Source: Xylanibacter ruminicola 23
GTDB taxonomy: Bacteria; Bacteroidota; Bacteroidia; Bacteroidales; Bacteroidaceae
Assembly: GCF_000025925.1 (NCBI RefSeq)
Contig: NC_014033.1
Coordinates: forward strand, 3,150,001 to 3,182,000
Reading direction: 5' to 3'
DNA length: 32,000 nucleotides
Part shown: positions 15,860-24,924 of the stretch, in pieces
Layout of the letters: each line of letters starts with the position of its first letter
How positions within the stretch are numbered: the stretch's first letter is position 1
The notes under the pieces: model-generated
Told to the model about the DNA's origin: nothing
Seen by the model: only the letters and a program-made list of their open reading frames with translations
Databases searched by the model: none
Translations under genes and position numbers: made by a program

Positions 15860-18800
15860 ATGATTATGCAAAAGATCCTAAATCTCAAGCAAGGAACTCA
15901 GAAGGCCATGTTCTTCGTGTTCTTTCTGTTGTGCAGTACAGTGATGCTGGCACAGAACAAGGTGTCGGGAACTGTACTGGACGCAACCGGTGAGCCTCTG
16001 ATTGGCGTAAGCGTTCTGGAGGCAGGAACCAACAATGGTGTTGTGACCGATTTCGACGGAAACTACACGCTGACTGTAAAGCAGGGTGCCAAGCTCACAT
16101 TCTCTTACGTAGGCTACACCTCAAAGACCCTGGCTGCCGCCAACGGCATGAAGGTAACTCTCGAAGAGGACAACAAGGTACTGAACGAAGTTGTAGTAGT
16201 AGGTTATGGTACCATGCGCCGCAAGGACGTCACATCGTCTATCACAACTGTGAAAGCTGAAGACCTGAACCGTGGTGTATTCACCGACCCAGGACAGATG
16301 TTGCAGGGTAAGGTGCCCGGACTGGTTGTATCTTCAACAGCCGACCCTAACGGCTCTCCAACCATCACGCTTCGTGGTGCCTCTACACTGCGTTCTGGAG
16401 CTATGTCACCTTACTATGTAGTTGATGGTATTCCTGGTGTTGATATTTCTATCGTTTCGCCCGATGATATTGAGAGCATCGATGTGCTGCGTGATGCTAC
16501 AGCTACAGCTATCTACGGTTCGAAGGCTGCCAACGGTGTGATCATCATTACTACCAAGAAGGGTGATAAGGAGAGAACCAACGTTACCTATAATGGTTAT
16601 GTGGCTTTTGATAATATCCTGAAAAAGTATGATGTTGCTTCAGCTTCTGACTTGCGTCAGTATGCCTCTAAGAATGGCGTAGCTCTGAAGGATGGTGGTG
16701 CTGATGTTAACTGGCAGGATGAGGTGTTGCGTACTGGTATCAGCCATAATCACAATGTGGGCATCAATGGCGGTAACGGACGTACCAACTATATGATTAG
16801 TGGTAACCTCATGAAGCGTGAAGGTGTTATCAAAATGACAGGTATGGATCGTTTCAATGTACGTTCACTCGTGTCAACTAAGACTCTGAAGGATCGACTC
16901 ACTTTGTCGATGAGCCTGAATGCGATGTATGGCAAGCACTTTGGTGTGCCTACAGGTAATGAGGGTGCATCAGTTCTCGATGCGATGAACTACTACTCGC
17001 CTACTAATGCAGTTAAGAATGCTGACGGTTCATGGACGTCGGGAGCTGGTTCAAAGAACTACAATCCACTGGCTCTGATGGAGGAGAATACTTCTGAGAC
17101 CATCTGGAAGCGTAATCAGTTTATTGGTAAGGCTACTCTGGAGATTCTGAAGGGCCTCCTCTGGAATGTTAACTACTCTTGGAGTAACTATCAGAGCACT
17201 TACAGCGCGTATAACACTCGTAACTCTCAGTTGGAGGGTATTGGTAATAAGAATGGTCAGGCCAGCCGTAATACATACTTTGGCTACGAGCAGACCTTCG
17301 AGACCTATCTGAACTATGGCTTTACAACAGGTAAGCACAAGATTGACCTGATGGCCGGTTATACTTGGGAGAAGAAAAAGAACAATGATGGTTTCGGCCT
17401 GAGTGTTGAGGGGTACTATAATGATGACCTGACATGGTATAATATGTCGTATGCACAGACTATTCTCGGTGTTCAGAACTCTGTATCAAGTGGTTATGTA
17501 GAGAATGTAAAGAATATCTCGTTCTATGGTCGTGCCAACTACTCATTCGATGGCCGTTATATGCTGCAGGCTACTATCCGTCGTGATGGTTCATCGGTAT
17601 TTGGTAAGAACCACCGTTGGGGTACATTCCCATCTGTATCTGCTGCTTGGAATATCACAGAGGAGAGCTTCATGAAGAACCAGAAGATTTTTGATAATCT
17701 GAAGTTGCGTGCTGGCTATGGTGTATCTGGTAATGCTATGGGATTCGATGTCTATTCTTCATTCGTTACTTATGGAGCTACGGGTACATTCGAATATGAT
17801 GGTAAGATCTATCGTACATACGGTGCTTCTAAAAATGCTAATCCCGACCTGAAGTGGGAGACCACATCAATGCTGAACATCGGTCTTGATTTTGCATTCT
17901 TGAGAGGTCGTATTAACGGTACTTTGGAGGTTTATCATAAGAAAACCAAGGACCTTATCTGGGGCTATCCTGTTCCAACCACACAGTATGTGTATGGTTG
18001 GCTGGACGCCAATGTTGGTGAGATGACTAACAAGGGTATCGAGTTCTCTATCAATGCTGTTCCTGTTCGTACCAAGAACTTCACATGGAGCACCACTCTT
18101 AATCTGTCGCACAACAAGAATACTGTTGACAAGATGCAGAATGAGACTTATCATACTACAAACCTGGCGCAGGGAGATCCAATGGTATCTGGTGTTTCTC
18201 ATGATGGTTGGACCCAACGCATTATGGAGGGTGAGTCTATCGGTACATTCTATACCTATCAGTATGCAGGTACAGTGAAACGTACAGATCCTGATGGAAA
18301 TATTATTGAACGCTCTGAGTATTACGTTCTTGATGAGAATGGAAACCGTACAGGTGAGACTACTAACAACCCCACTCTGAAGGATCGTTCTATCACTGGT
18401 TGTGCACAGCCTAAGCTTAATGCCGGTTGGAACAACAGCCTGACCTATAAGAACTGGAACCTGAATGCATTTATCACAGGTGTATTCGGTAATGATGTTT
18501 ACAATGCTCCACGTGCACACTATACCAGCTCACAGATGTTCTCTGATGGTAAGAATGTGCTGAAGGAGTTCCTGTCGTTCCCTGTTGGCGATGCTTCTGG
18601 CTCACTGCCATCTGACCGCTGGATTGAGAAGGGTACTTACATCCGTCTGCAGTCATTGTCGCTGAGCTACACATTCAAGAACTGTTTCGACAACTGGATT
18701 CAGGATCTTACTCTCTATGGTACAGCTAACAACCTTCTCACTATCACAAACTACAAGGGGCTTGATCCAGAGGTTAACCTCGGTGGTATCGATCCTGGTA

Positions 18801-18886
18801 TCGATTATCGTTGGAGCCGTTATCCACACACACGTACATTCATGGTTGGTGTGAAGATTAACTTTGGCGATGGCAAGAAGAAATAA
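15860..18886 (+). CDS. SusC/RagA-family TonB-dependent outer-membrane transporter
   Basis: 1008 aa. It has a signal peptide, a carboxypeptidase-regulatory-like N-domain (VSGTVLDATGEPLIGVSVLE...DFDGNYTL), a plug region VVVGYGTMRRKDVTSSI, and a C-terminal beta-barrel ending in F. The start could instead be 15866. Confidence 0.9.
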   Translation: MIMQKILNLKQGTQKAMFFVFFLLCSTVMLAQNKVSGTVLDATGEPLIGVSVLEAGTNNGVVTDFDGNYTLTVKQGAKLTFSYVGYTSKTLAAANGMKVTLEEDNKVLNEVVVVGYGTMRRKDVTSSITTVKAEDLNRGVFTDPGQMLQGKVPGLVVSSTADPNGSPTITLRGASTLRSGAMSPYYVVDGIPGVDISIVSPDDIESIDVLRDATATAIYGSKAANGVIIITTKKGDKERTNVTYNGYVAFDNILKKYDVASASDLRQYASKNGVALKDGGADVNWQDEVLRTGISHNHNVGINGGNGRTNYMISGNLMKREGVIKMTGMDRFNVRSLVSTKTLKDRLTLSMSLNAMYGKHFGVPTGNEGASVLDAMNYYSPTNAVKNADGSWTSGAGSKNYNPLALMEENTSETIWKRNQFIGKATLEILKGLLWNVNYSWSNYQSTYSAYNTRNSQLEGIGNKNGQASRNTYFGYEQTFETYLNYGFTTGKHKIDLMAGYTWEKKKNNDGFGLSVEGYYNDDLTWYNMSYAQTILGVQNSVSSGYVENVKNISFYGRANYSFDGRYMLQATIRRDGSSVFGKNHRWGTFPSVSAAWNITEESFMKNQKIFDNLKLRAGYGVSGNAMGFDVYSSFVTYGATGTFEYDGKIYRTYGASKNANPDLKWETTSMLNIGLDFAFLRGRINGTLEVYHKKTKDLIWGYPVPTTQYVYGWLDANVGEMTNKGIEFSINAVPVRTKNFTWSTTLNLSHNKNTVDKMQNETYHTTNLAQGDPMVSGVSHDGWTQRIMEGESIGTFYTYQYAGTVKRTDPDGNIIERSEYYVLDENGNRTGETTNNPTLKDRSITGCAQPKLNAGWNNSLTYKNWNLNAFITGVFGNDVYNAPRAHYTSSQMFSDGKNVLKEFLSFPVGDASGSLPSDRWIEKGTYIRLQSLSLSYTFKNCFDNWIQDLTLYGTANNLLTITNYKGLDPEVNLGGIDPGIDYRWSRYPHTRTFMVGVKINFGDGKKK

Positions 18887-18917
18887 AGTTATTATCATTT
18901 AATAAGATTCAAGTATT

Positions 18918-20540
18918 ATGAAACTAAATAAAGTATTTCTTGCAGCTGGCATGTTTGCCGTAGCACTCACCAGCTGTACAGATTTGGATGTAACTCCAAG
19001 TTCTCAATACACAGAAGACCCCAGTAAGAATTCTGGAGTTGACCCGATGATTATGGTAGAGGCAAAAATGGCAGATTTGTATTTCCACCTGTCAGGTACA
19101 TTTGGTCGCCGATATATGGAAGCACAGTGCCTTGCTTCGGATGAGTTTACGTCTCTGGCTTTTGATGGAGGCTACTATGATGGAGGTACCTATGCTCACC
19201 AGGCTCTTCACTGCAGTTCGGCTACCGATGCCTCACTCGACTGGTATTCGGATGTAACTGCTGGTATTACAAAGGCCAACACTATTCTTGAGGAACTAGG
19301 TAGTAGTGCTTCTGTCCAGATGACAGCACCTGCTCGTGCTATTCGTGCTTACTTTACATGGATATTGATGGATAGCTTTGGCGATACACCTATTCTTGAA
19401 AAGGTGCCTGCTGAGGGTGAGGTGGTAGCTCGTTCTCCACGCAAGGAAGTTGCTGAGTGGATTGAGAGTGAACTCACAGAGATTATTCCTTACCTCACAG
19501 AGGATGTAACAGAGAATACCTATGGTAAGCCAACCAAGTGGATGTCACAGGCTCTGCTTGCTAAGCTTTATATCAACTGGCCAGTCTATACAGCCGAGTC
19601 TGTTGATCAGTATGATGCTGCTACTGCTGCAAATCCAAAACTCGATGCATGTATCGAGCTTTGTGATGACATCATCAATAGCGGTAAGTTCAATTTGGGC
19701 TCTGTTGACTATCTGCATAAGTTCTCATACGACAATGGCTCTCAGATAGAAGACTTCATCTATGCAATGCCTTATGACGCTATCAACCGTCAGGGTATGC
19801 AGTGGGGACGTCCTCGCTCATTCAAGCAGTTGAAAGGCATGTTGCCAACTTATTATGGATTTGCTGATAAGTTTACCCAGTCGTTTGGTGGTAATATGGT
19901 CGTTACACCTGAGTTCGCTAAACTCTTTAGCCTCGATGGCGATATCCGCAATCTCAGCATTCTGCGTGGCGACGTCTTTATCCGTGATCCGAAGACACTG
20001 CGTCCTACCTCTGAGCCATTTATGTATAAAGACAAGCAGGTTCATTTCACAGAGGACATTACGCTGATTAAGCAAGACAACACTATCGACGTGGGTAATG
20101 ATGATAACGCTATCCAGCAGGGCTGTCACTCTATCAAGTGGTTCATTAATCCTGCCGACTATAACAATGGTCGTAACCAGTCGAACGATGTGCCCATCTT
20201 CCGTTATGCTGATATCCTGCTGATGAAGGCTGAGGCACTCACACGCATTGGCAAGACTGGTGCCAAGGACCTCTTCAATCAGATCCGTAAGTATGCTGGT
20301 GCACCAGAGATCGCAGCAGAACCTACACTCGATGAGATCTATCAGGAGCGTGGCCGTGAGTTCTTTGATGAGAACTGGCGCCGTAACGATATGATTCGCT
20401 TCGGTCACTTCGAGGACGAGTTCTTCCCTCACTACAAGAACTTCCCCGATGCTGATTTCGACAAGCGTCATCGTATCTTCCCCATTGAGCAGGAGATGCT
20501 CGATCTGAACCCAGGTTGGGAGCAGAACCCTGGTTATTAA
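18918..20540 (+). CDS. SusD/RagB-family glycan-binding lipoprotein
   Basis: 540 aa. Lipoprotein signal MKLNKVFLAAGMFAVALTSC and the C-terminal SusD-like block YQERGREFFDENWRRNDMIRFG. It immediately follows SusC. Confidence 0.9.
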   Translation: MKLNKVFLAAGMFAVALTSCTDLDVTPSSQYTEDPSKNSGVDPMIMVEAKMADLYFHLSGTFGRRYMEAQCLASDEFTSLAFDGGYYDGGTYAHQALHCSSATDASLDWYSDVTAGITKANTILEELGSSASVQMTAPARAIRAYFTWILMDSFGDTPILEKVPAEGEVVARSPRKEVAEWIESELTEIIPYLTEDVTENTYGKPTKWMSQALLAKLYINWPVYTAESVDQYDAATAANPKLDACIELCDDIINSGKFNLGSVDYLHKFSYDNGSQIEDFIYAMPYDAINRQGMQWGRPRSFKQLKGMLPTYYGFADKFTQSFGGNMVVTPEFAKLFSLDGDIRNLSILRGDVFIRDPKTLRPTSEPFMYKDKQVHFTEDITLIKQDNTIDVGNDDNAIQQGCHSIKWFINPADYNNGRNQSNDVPIFRYADILLMKAEALTRIGKTGAKDLFNQIRKYAGAPEIAAEPTLDEIYQERGREFFDENWRRNDMIRFGHFEDEFFPHYKNFPDADFDKRHRIFPIEQEMLDLNPGWEQNPGY

Positions 20541-20573
20541 TCCGAAGTATACATTTTATACAATCTTTATACG

Positions 20574-20608
20574 TCTGGGCAGTCACCTCGGTGGCTGCCC
20601 AGATTTTT
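20574..20608 (+). terminator. Rho-independent terminator after SusD
   Basis: tctgggcagtcacc / ggtggctgcccaga form a 14-nt inverted repeat with one mismatch and a short central loop, followed by TTTTT. Confidence 0.7.
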
Positions 20609-20654
20609 ATGGTATTTTAATGGGTAATAGTTTTGGAAGTTAGATAATTTTTCG

Positions 20655-20662
20655 TATCTTTG
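20655..20662 (+). promoter_or_regulatory. -7 box (TATCTTTG) for the binding-protein/sensor-phosphatase operon
   Basis: Exact consensus only 5 nt before the GTG at 20667. This implies a leaderless or near-leaderless transcript, or else that the true promoter lies elsewhere. Confidence 0.4.
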
Positions 20663-20666
20663 CGGC

Positions 20667-21626
20667 GTGAAACCAAAGGTAAAATTATTTATTACTGCTA
20701 TAACGCTTGCTGTTTGCTTGCCGTTGCTGGCGCAGAAGAAATACACTGGAAAGTTCGTCTTTACGCCACAGTGGACTGCCCACGCGCAGTTTGCTGGTTA
20801 TTATGTGGCCCAGGAAAAAGGCTTCTATAAGGCCGAAGGTCTGGATGTGGATATAGTACACCCATCGGTATCCGAAACGGCTATGCACCGCATTCAGGAG
20901 GCTGAGAGTCATGCCACCACGCTGCCACTCTGTTTGGCGATGGAGATTATGGACAAAGGTGTGCCTTTGGTGAACATCCTGCAAACATCGATGAACAACT
21001 CTACGGTTATCGTATCGCGCCGTGGTAAGAATCCGCTCACGCAGAAGGGTGCCCGTGTGGGTATCTGGCATGCCGGATTCGGACAGGTGGCCATCTGCAT
21101 GAGTCGCAAGGAACATCTGAATTACCAGTGGATACAGTTTACATCGAACTTCGACTTGTTTATAAAAGGTGCTATCGACGCTACGCTGGCTATGAGCTAC
21201 AACGAGTACTACCAGCTGATGCAGATGGGCTTTACATTTACCAAGGATAATGTTTATCGCTTTAGCGACCACGGTTACAATATTCAGGACGATGGTCTGT
21301 ACATGCGCCGCGACTACTACGAGACCCATAAGGCCAAGGCAGAGAAGTTTGCCCGTGCCAGCCGTAAGGGTTGGGAATGGGCCAGCGAGCATCCTGAGGA
21401 AACGCTGGATATTGTGATGAAATATGTACAGCAGAACCACGTGACAACCAATCGCACGCTGCAGCGCCTGATGCTGAAAGAGATATTGCGCCTGCAGGTG
21501 GACCGCGACTCGAAGAAACGCGAGTTCCGTTTGCGCCCCGATATGGTGAAGAAGGCCAATATGCTGATGCGCTCGAATGGGATGCTGAAGCGCGACATTA
21601 CTTACCAAGAATTATTAGATCGTTAA
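20667..21626 (+). CDS. Periplasmic substrate-binding protein, NMT1/THI5 (SsuA/TauA-like) fold, no cognate ABC permease or ATPase nearby
   Basis: 319 aa. GTG start, with no in-frame ATG that would keep the signal peptide MKPKVKLFITAITLAVCLPLLAQ. QWTAHAQFAGYYVAQEKGFYKAEGLDVDIV is typical of this SBP family. The 307-aa antisense ORF is rejected. Confidence 0.7.
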   Translation: MKPKVKLFITAITLAVCLPLLAQKKYTGKFVFTPQWTAHAQFAGYYVAQEKGFYKAEGLDVDIVHPSVSETAMHRIQEAESHATTLPLCLAMEIMDKGVPLVNILQTSMNNSTVIVSRRGKNPLTQKGARVGIWHAGFGQVAICMSRKEHLNYQWIQFTSNFDLFIKGAIDATLAMSYNEYYQLMQMGFTFTKDNVYRFSDHGYNIQDDGLYMRRDYYETHKAKAEKFARASRKGWEWASEHPEETLDIVMKYVQQNHVTTNRTLQRLMLKEILRLQVDRDSKKREFRLRPDMVKKANMLMRSNGMLKRDITYQELLDR

Positions 21627-21632
21627 TACCAC

Positions 21633-23555
21633 ATGAAGAATCCAAGAGACTATATCCGCACTTCCCTGTCACGTCGCCTTAGTATTATCATTGTACTGAT
21701 GGCCTCGATATTTTTTCTGGGATCACTTGGATTCTTGTTTGTAGAGTCGCGTAAGGCTGTGCGCGAGGAGGCGCTGAACGGTGCGGCCCAGGTGCTGGAT
21801 AACACGGTGCAGCGTGTAAACGTGCTGATGCAGCGTGTAGAGATAGCATCCGACAACTTTATGTGGTTGCCATTGCGACATCTTGATGTGGCCGACTCGA
21901 TGTTTGTGTATTCGCGTCGTATCCTGACCTGCAACCCCGATCTGAACGGTTGCTCGATAGCTTTCGAACCTAACTATTTCCCCGATAAGGGCCATTATTT
22001 CTCGGCCTATACCCTTAACGACAATGGCAAATTCGACACCACTCAGGAAGGTAATCCCTCTTATGATTATCATTATATGGATTGGTATCAGGCTCCCAAA
22101 CTGCTGGATGAGCCAGTGTGGATTGAGCCGTTTGCAGATTTCAACCCTGAGGATGTCTATGCCGAAGAGATTATTGCATCGTACTGCCGCCCAATGAAGG
22201 ATTCGAAGGGCCGCTATGTGGGCACATTCTCTACTGATATCTCGATGGAGTGGATATCGAAAACCATATCCGAAGTAAAGCCCTATCCCAACTCGTACTG
22301 CATTATGATTGGTCAGAGTGGTACTTTCTTTGTACATCCCGATACCACCAAACTGCTGCGCGAGAGCATTTTTACGCCTACACTGGAGCATCCTGATACA
22401 GCACTTACCAACCTGGGGCATGCCATGCAGCGTGGCGAAACGGGTGTGCGCAAACTGGTGTTCGAGGGCAAGGAGAGCTACGTGTTCTACAAGCCACTTG
22501 GCATTACGGGCTGGAGCGTGGCTATGGTTTGTCCTGAGAGCGATATTTTTGGCGGTTACATGCGTCTGTATAAGATAGTAATCTTTATCGTTATCGTTGG
22601 CTTGATATTGATGCGTCTGGCATTCAGTCGTATCATCAAGCGTGAGCTGAAGCCGCTGAACACGCTGGCACAGCAGGCCGAGACGATTGCATCGGGACAG
22701 TTCGACAAAACGCTGCCACGCGATAACCGTATCGACGAGATTGGTAAGCTCACGCATTCGTTCAGCGACATGCAGCACTCGTTGGTTAACTACATCAGCG
22801 AGCTGAAGCGCACCACAGCTGTTAAAGCCTCTATCGAGAGCGAGCTGAAGGTGGCCAGCGACATACAGATGGGTATGATTCCACGTGTGTTCCCACCATT
22901 CCCTGAGCGCCAGGATATCGACCTGTATGCACTGATGACTCCAGCCAAGGTGGTTGGTGGCGATCTGTACGACTACTTCCTGCAGAACGAACGCCTTTAC
23001 TTCTGTGTGGGCGACGTATCGGGTAAGGGTATTCCCGCTGCGATGTTTATGGCGATTACGCGCGACCTATTCCGCATTATTGCCCAGCAGAACCGTTCGC
23101 CATGGGAGATTGCTACGATGATGAACAACTTCCTGGTAAAGGACAACGACCAGAGCATGTTTGTAACCATGTTTATTGGTATGGTTGACCTGCCTAAGGG
23201 CCGATTGGAGTACTGTAACTGCGGTCATAATGTGCCTATACTGGATGGTAAGTTCCTGGAGATGGGCAGCACAAACCAGCCATTGGGTTTGTGGGAGTGC
23301 AAGGCCTTTGAGGGCGAGGTGATAGAGGATATTCGCAACCGACAGCTGCTGGTTTATACCGACGGACTGAATGAGGCCGAGAACGACCGTCAGGACCGTT
23401 TGGGCGACGAACGTCTGCTGGAGGCTATGCAGGGTACTGAGCAGCTTTCATCCGAGGAGGTTATACACCGTCTGCAGGTAGTGGTTAACAACCATCGTGC
23501 AGGTGCAGAACCTAACGACGACCTGACGCTGCTGTGCCTCTCGATCCGTAAATAA
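21633..23555 (+). CDS. Membrane sensor serine phosphatase: Cache-like periplasmic domain - TM - HAMP - SpoIIE/PP2C
   Basis: 640 aa. TM1 is LSIIIVLMASIFFLGSLGFLFV, followed by a ~270-aa periplasmic domain with Cache-like sequence and TM2 IVIFIVIVGLILMRLAF. A HAMP-like linker (PLNTLAQQAETIASGQFD...IDEIGKLTHSFSDMQ) follows. The PP2C motifs are GGDLYDY, CVGDVSGKGIPAAMFMA, YTDGLNEA and EPNDDLTLLCL. By eye about half the positions are identical to the catalytic domain of 2345..4408. There is a 6-nt gap after the SBP gene. Confidence 0.85.
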   Translation: MKNPRDYIRTSLSRRLSIIIVLMASIFFLGSLGFLFVESRKAVREEALNGAAQVLDNTVQRVNVLMQRVEIASDNFMWLPLRHLDVADSMFVYSRRILTCNPDLNGCSIAFEPNYFPDKGHYFSAYTLNDNGKFDTTQEGNPSYDYHYMDWYQAPKLLDEPVWIEPFADFNPEDVYAEEIIASYCRPMKDSKGRYVGTFSTDISMEWISKTISEVKPYPNSYCIMIGQSGTFFVHPDTTKLLRESIFTPTLEHPDTALTNLGHAMQRGETGVRKLVFEGKESYVFYKPLGITGWSVAMVCPESDIFGGYMRLYKIVIFIVIVGLILMRLAFSRIIKRELKPLNTLAQQAETIASGQFDKTLPRDNRIDEIGKLTHSFSDMQHSLVNYISELKRTTAVKASIESELKVASDIQMGMIPRVFPPFPERQDIDLYALMTPAKVVGGDLYDYFLQNERLYFCVGDVSGKGIPAAMFMAITRDLFRIIAQQNRSPWEIATMMNNFLVKDNDQSMFVTMFIGMVDLPKGRLEYCNCGHNVPILDGKFLEMGSTNQPLGLWECKAFEGEVIEDIRNRQLLVYTDGLNEAENDRQDRLGDERLLEAMQGTEQLSSEEVIHRLQVVVNNHRAGAEPNDDLTLLCLSIRK

Positions 23556-23601
23556 CAAATATGATATAATCCATTTTATCAACCATTTTATTATCAACTG
23601 T

Positions 23602-24912
23602 ATGAAAAAGTTTTTTATTTGCCTGATGATGGCAAGTGCGATGACTGCTCAGGCACAAATCGCACGTTTTTCAGGAAAGACAGCACTCGAAGAGATTGCT
23701 GCCGACAAGTTCTTGGCTGCTGGTAACATGACCGACTACGATCATTTGCCACGTACATCTCTAACACCTGCCCCTAAGGGCTACGAGCCTTACTATCTGT
23801 CGCACTATGGTCGCCATGGTGCCCGCTATCTGCTTGAGGAGAACGATTATGCCATGCCTGTACAGACGTTGCGCAAGGCCAAGTATGCCGGTAAGCTTAC
23901 GCCGCTGGGCGATAAGGTGCTGGCTAAGCTCGACTCGATGCAGAAGACTACTAAGGACCGACTGGGCGACCTGACAGCTACTGGTCAGCGTCAGCACCAT
24001 GGCATCGCTAAGCGCATGGCGCAGAACTTCCCTGAGATTTTCAAGAAACCTAATCTGCCTATCCACTCGGTTTCTACCACCTCTATCCGTGCCATTATCT
24101 CTATGATGGCTGAGTGTGAGGAGTTGCAGGCTGCTAATCCATCGGCCCGTATCTTTAATGATGCCAGCAAGGCCGATATGCACTATATGAACTACTCGCC
24201 ATCACGCCAGGAGCGCGGCATGGGTATGCCACAGATGAACGTGATGCGTGCCATGCAGAAGCAGCAGGCCATGAGCGACAGTCTGAAGCACCCTGAGCGC
24301 CTGATGCAGCAGCTGTTTAACGATCAGCACTGGGTGTATCTGAATGTAACCACAGGTTCGCTGATGAGCAAGATAGCCGATGTGGCGCTGAACATGCAGA
24401 GTCATGATGGAGATGCCACCCTGTTGGAACTGTTTACGCCAGAGGAACTGCGCGACCTGTGGCGCAGCAACAACTTGTACTGGTATCTGTTGTACAGTAA
24501 TGCTCCACAAACAGGCGGTAAGATGCAGTGGAACCAGAAGAACCTGCTGAAGAACATTATTGAGACTGCCGATACCGTTACCCAGACACAGGTATCGCTG
24601 CGTTTTGGTCATGATACCGTTGTGCTGCCCCTGCTGTGTATGCTGGATCTGGATGGATCGGCTGTACAGGTTGATAACCTCGATGAGCTCGAGAACTCGT
24701 TCCGCACCTACTACCTCATCCCCACAGGCAGTAACGTTCAGTTCGTCTTCTATCGCCCCAAGAAAGGCAAAACAGGCGATATCCTAGTAAAGGTACTGTT
24801 TAACGAGCGCGAGGCCCACATGCCGCTTAAAACCGACACCTGGCCCTATTACAAGTGGCAGGATGTTCGCGAGTACTACTTAGCTAAGCTGGCCGAGCAG
24901 GAGAAGAAATAA
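23602..24912 (+). CDS. Secreted histidine acid phosphatase (branch-2 histidine phosphatase; phytase/Minpp-like)
   Basis: 436 aa with signal peptide MKKFFICLMMASAMTAQAQ. It has the catalytic RHGxRx motif (SHYGRHGARYL) and a downstream HD motif (LRFGHDTVV). Confidence 0.75.
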   Translation: MKKFFICLMMASAMTAQAQIARFSGKTALEEIAADKFLAAGNMTDYDHLPRTSLTPAPKGYEPYYLSHYGRHGARYLLEENDYAMPVQTLRKAKYAGKLTPLGDKVLAKLDSMQKTTKDRLGDLTATGQRQHHGIAKRMAQNFPEIFKKPNLPIHSVSTTSIRAIISMMAECEELQAANPSARIFNDASKADMHYMNYSPSRQERGMGMPQMNVMRAMQKQQAMSDSLKHPERLMQQLFNDQHWVYLNVTTGSLMSKIADVALNMQSHDGDATLLELFTPEELRDLWRSNNLYWYLLYSNAPQTGGKMQWNQKNLLKNIIETADTVTQTQVSLRFGHDTVVLPLLCMLDLDGSAVQVDNLDELENSFRTYYLIPTGSNVQFVFYRPKKGKTGDILVKVLFNEREAHMPLKTDTWPYYKWQDVREYYLAKLAEQEKK

Positions 24913-24924
24913 AAACAAACATGT

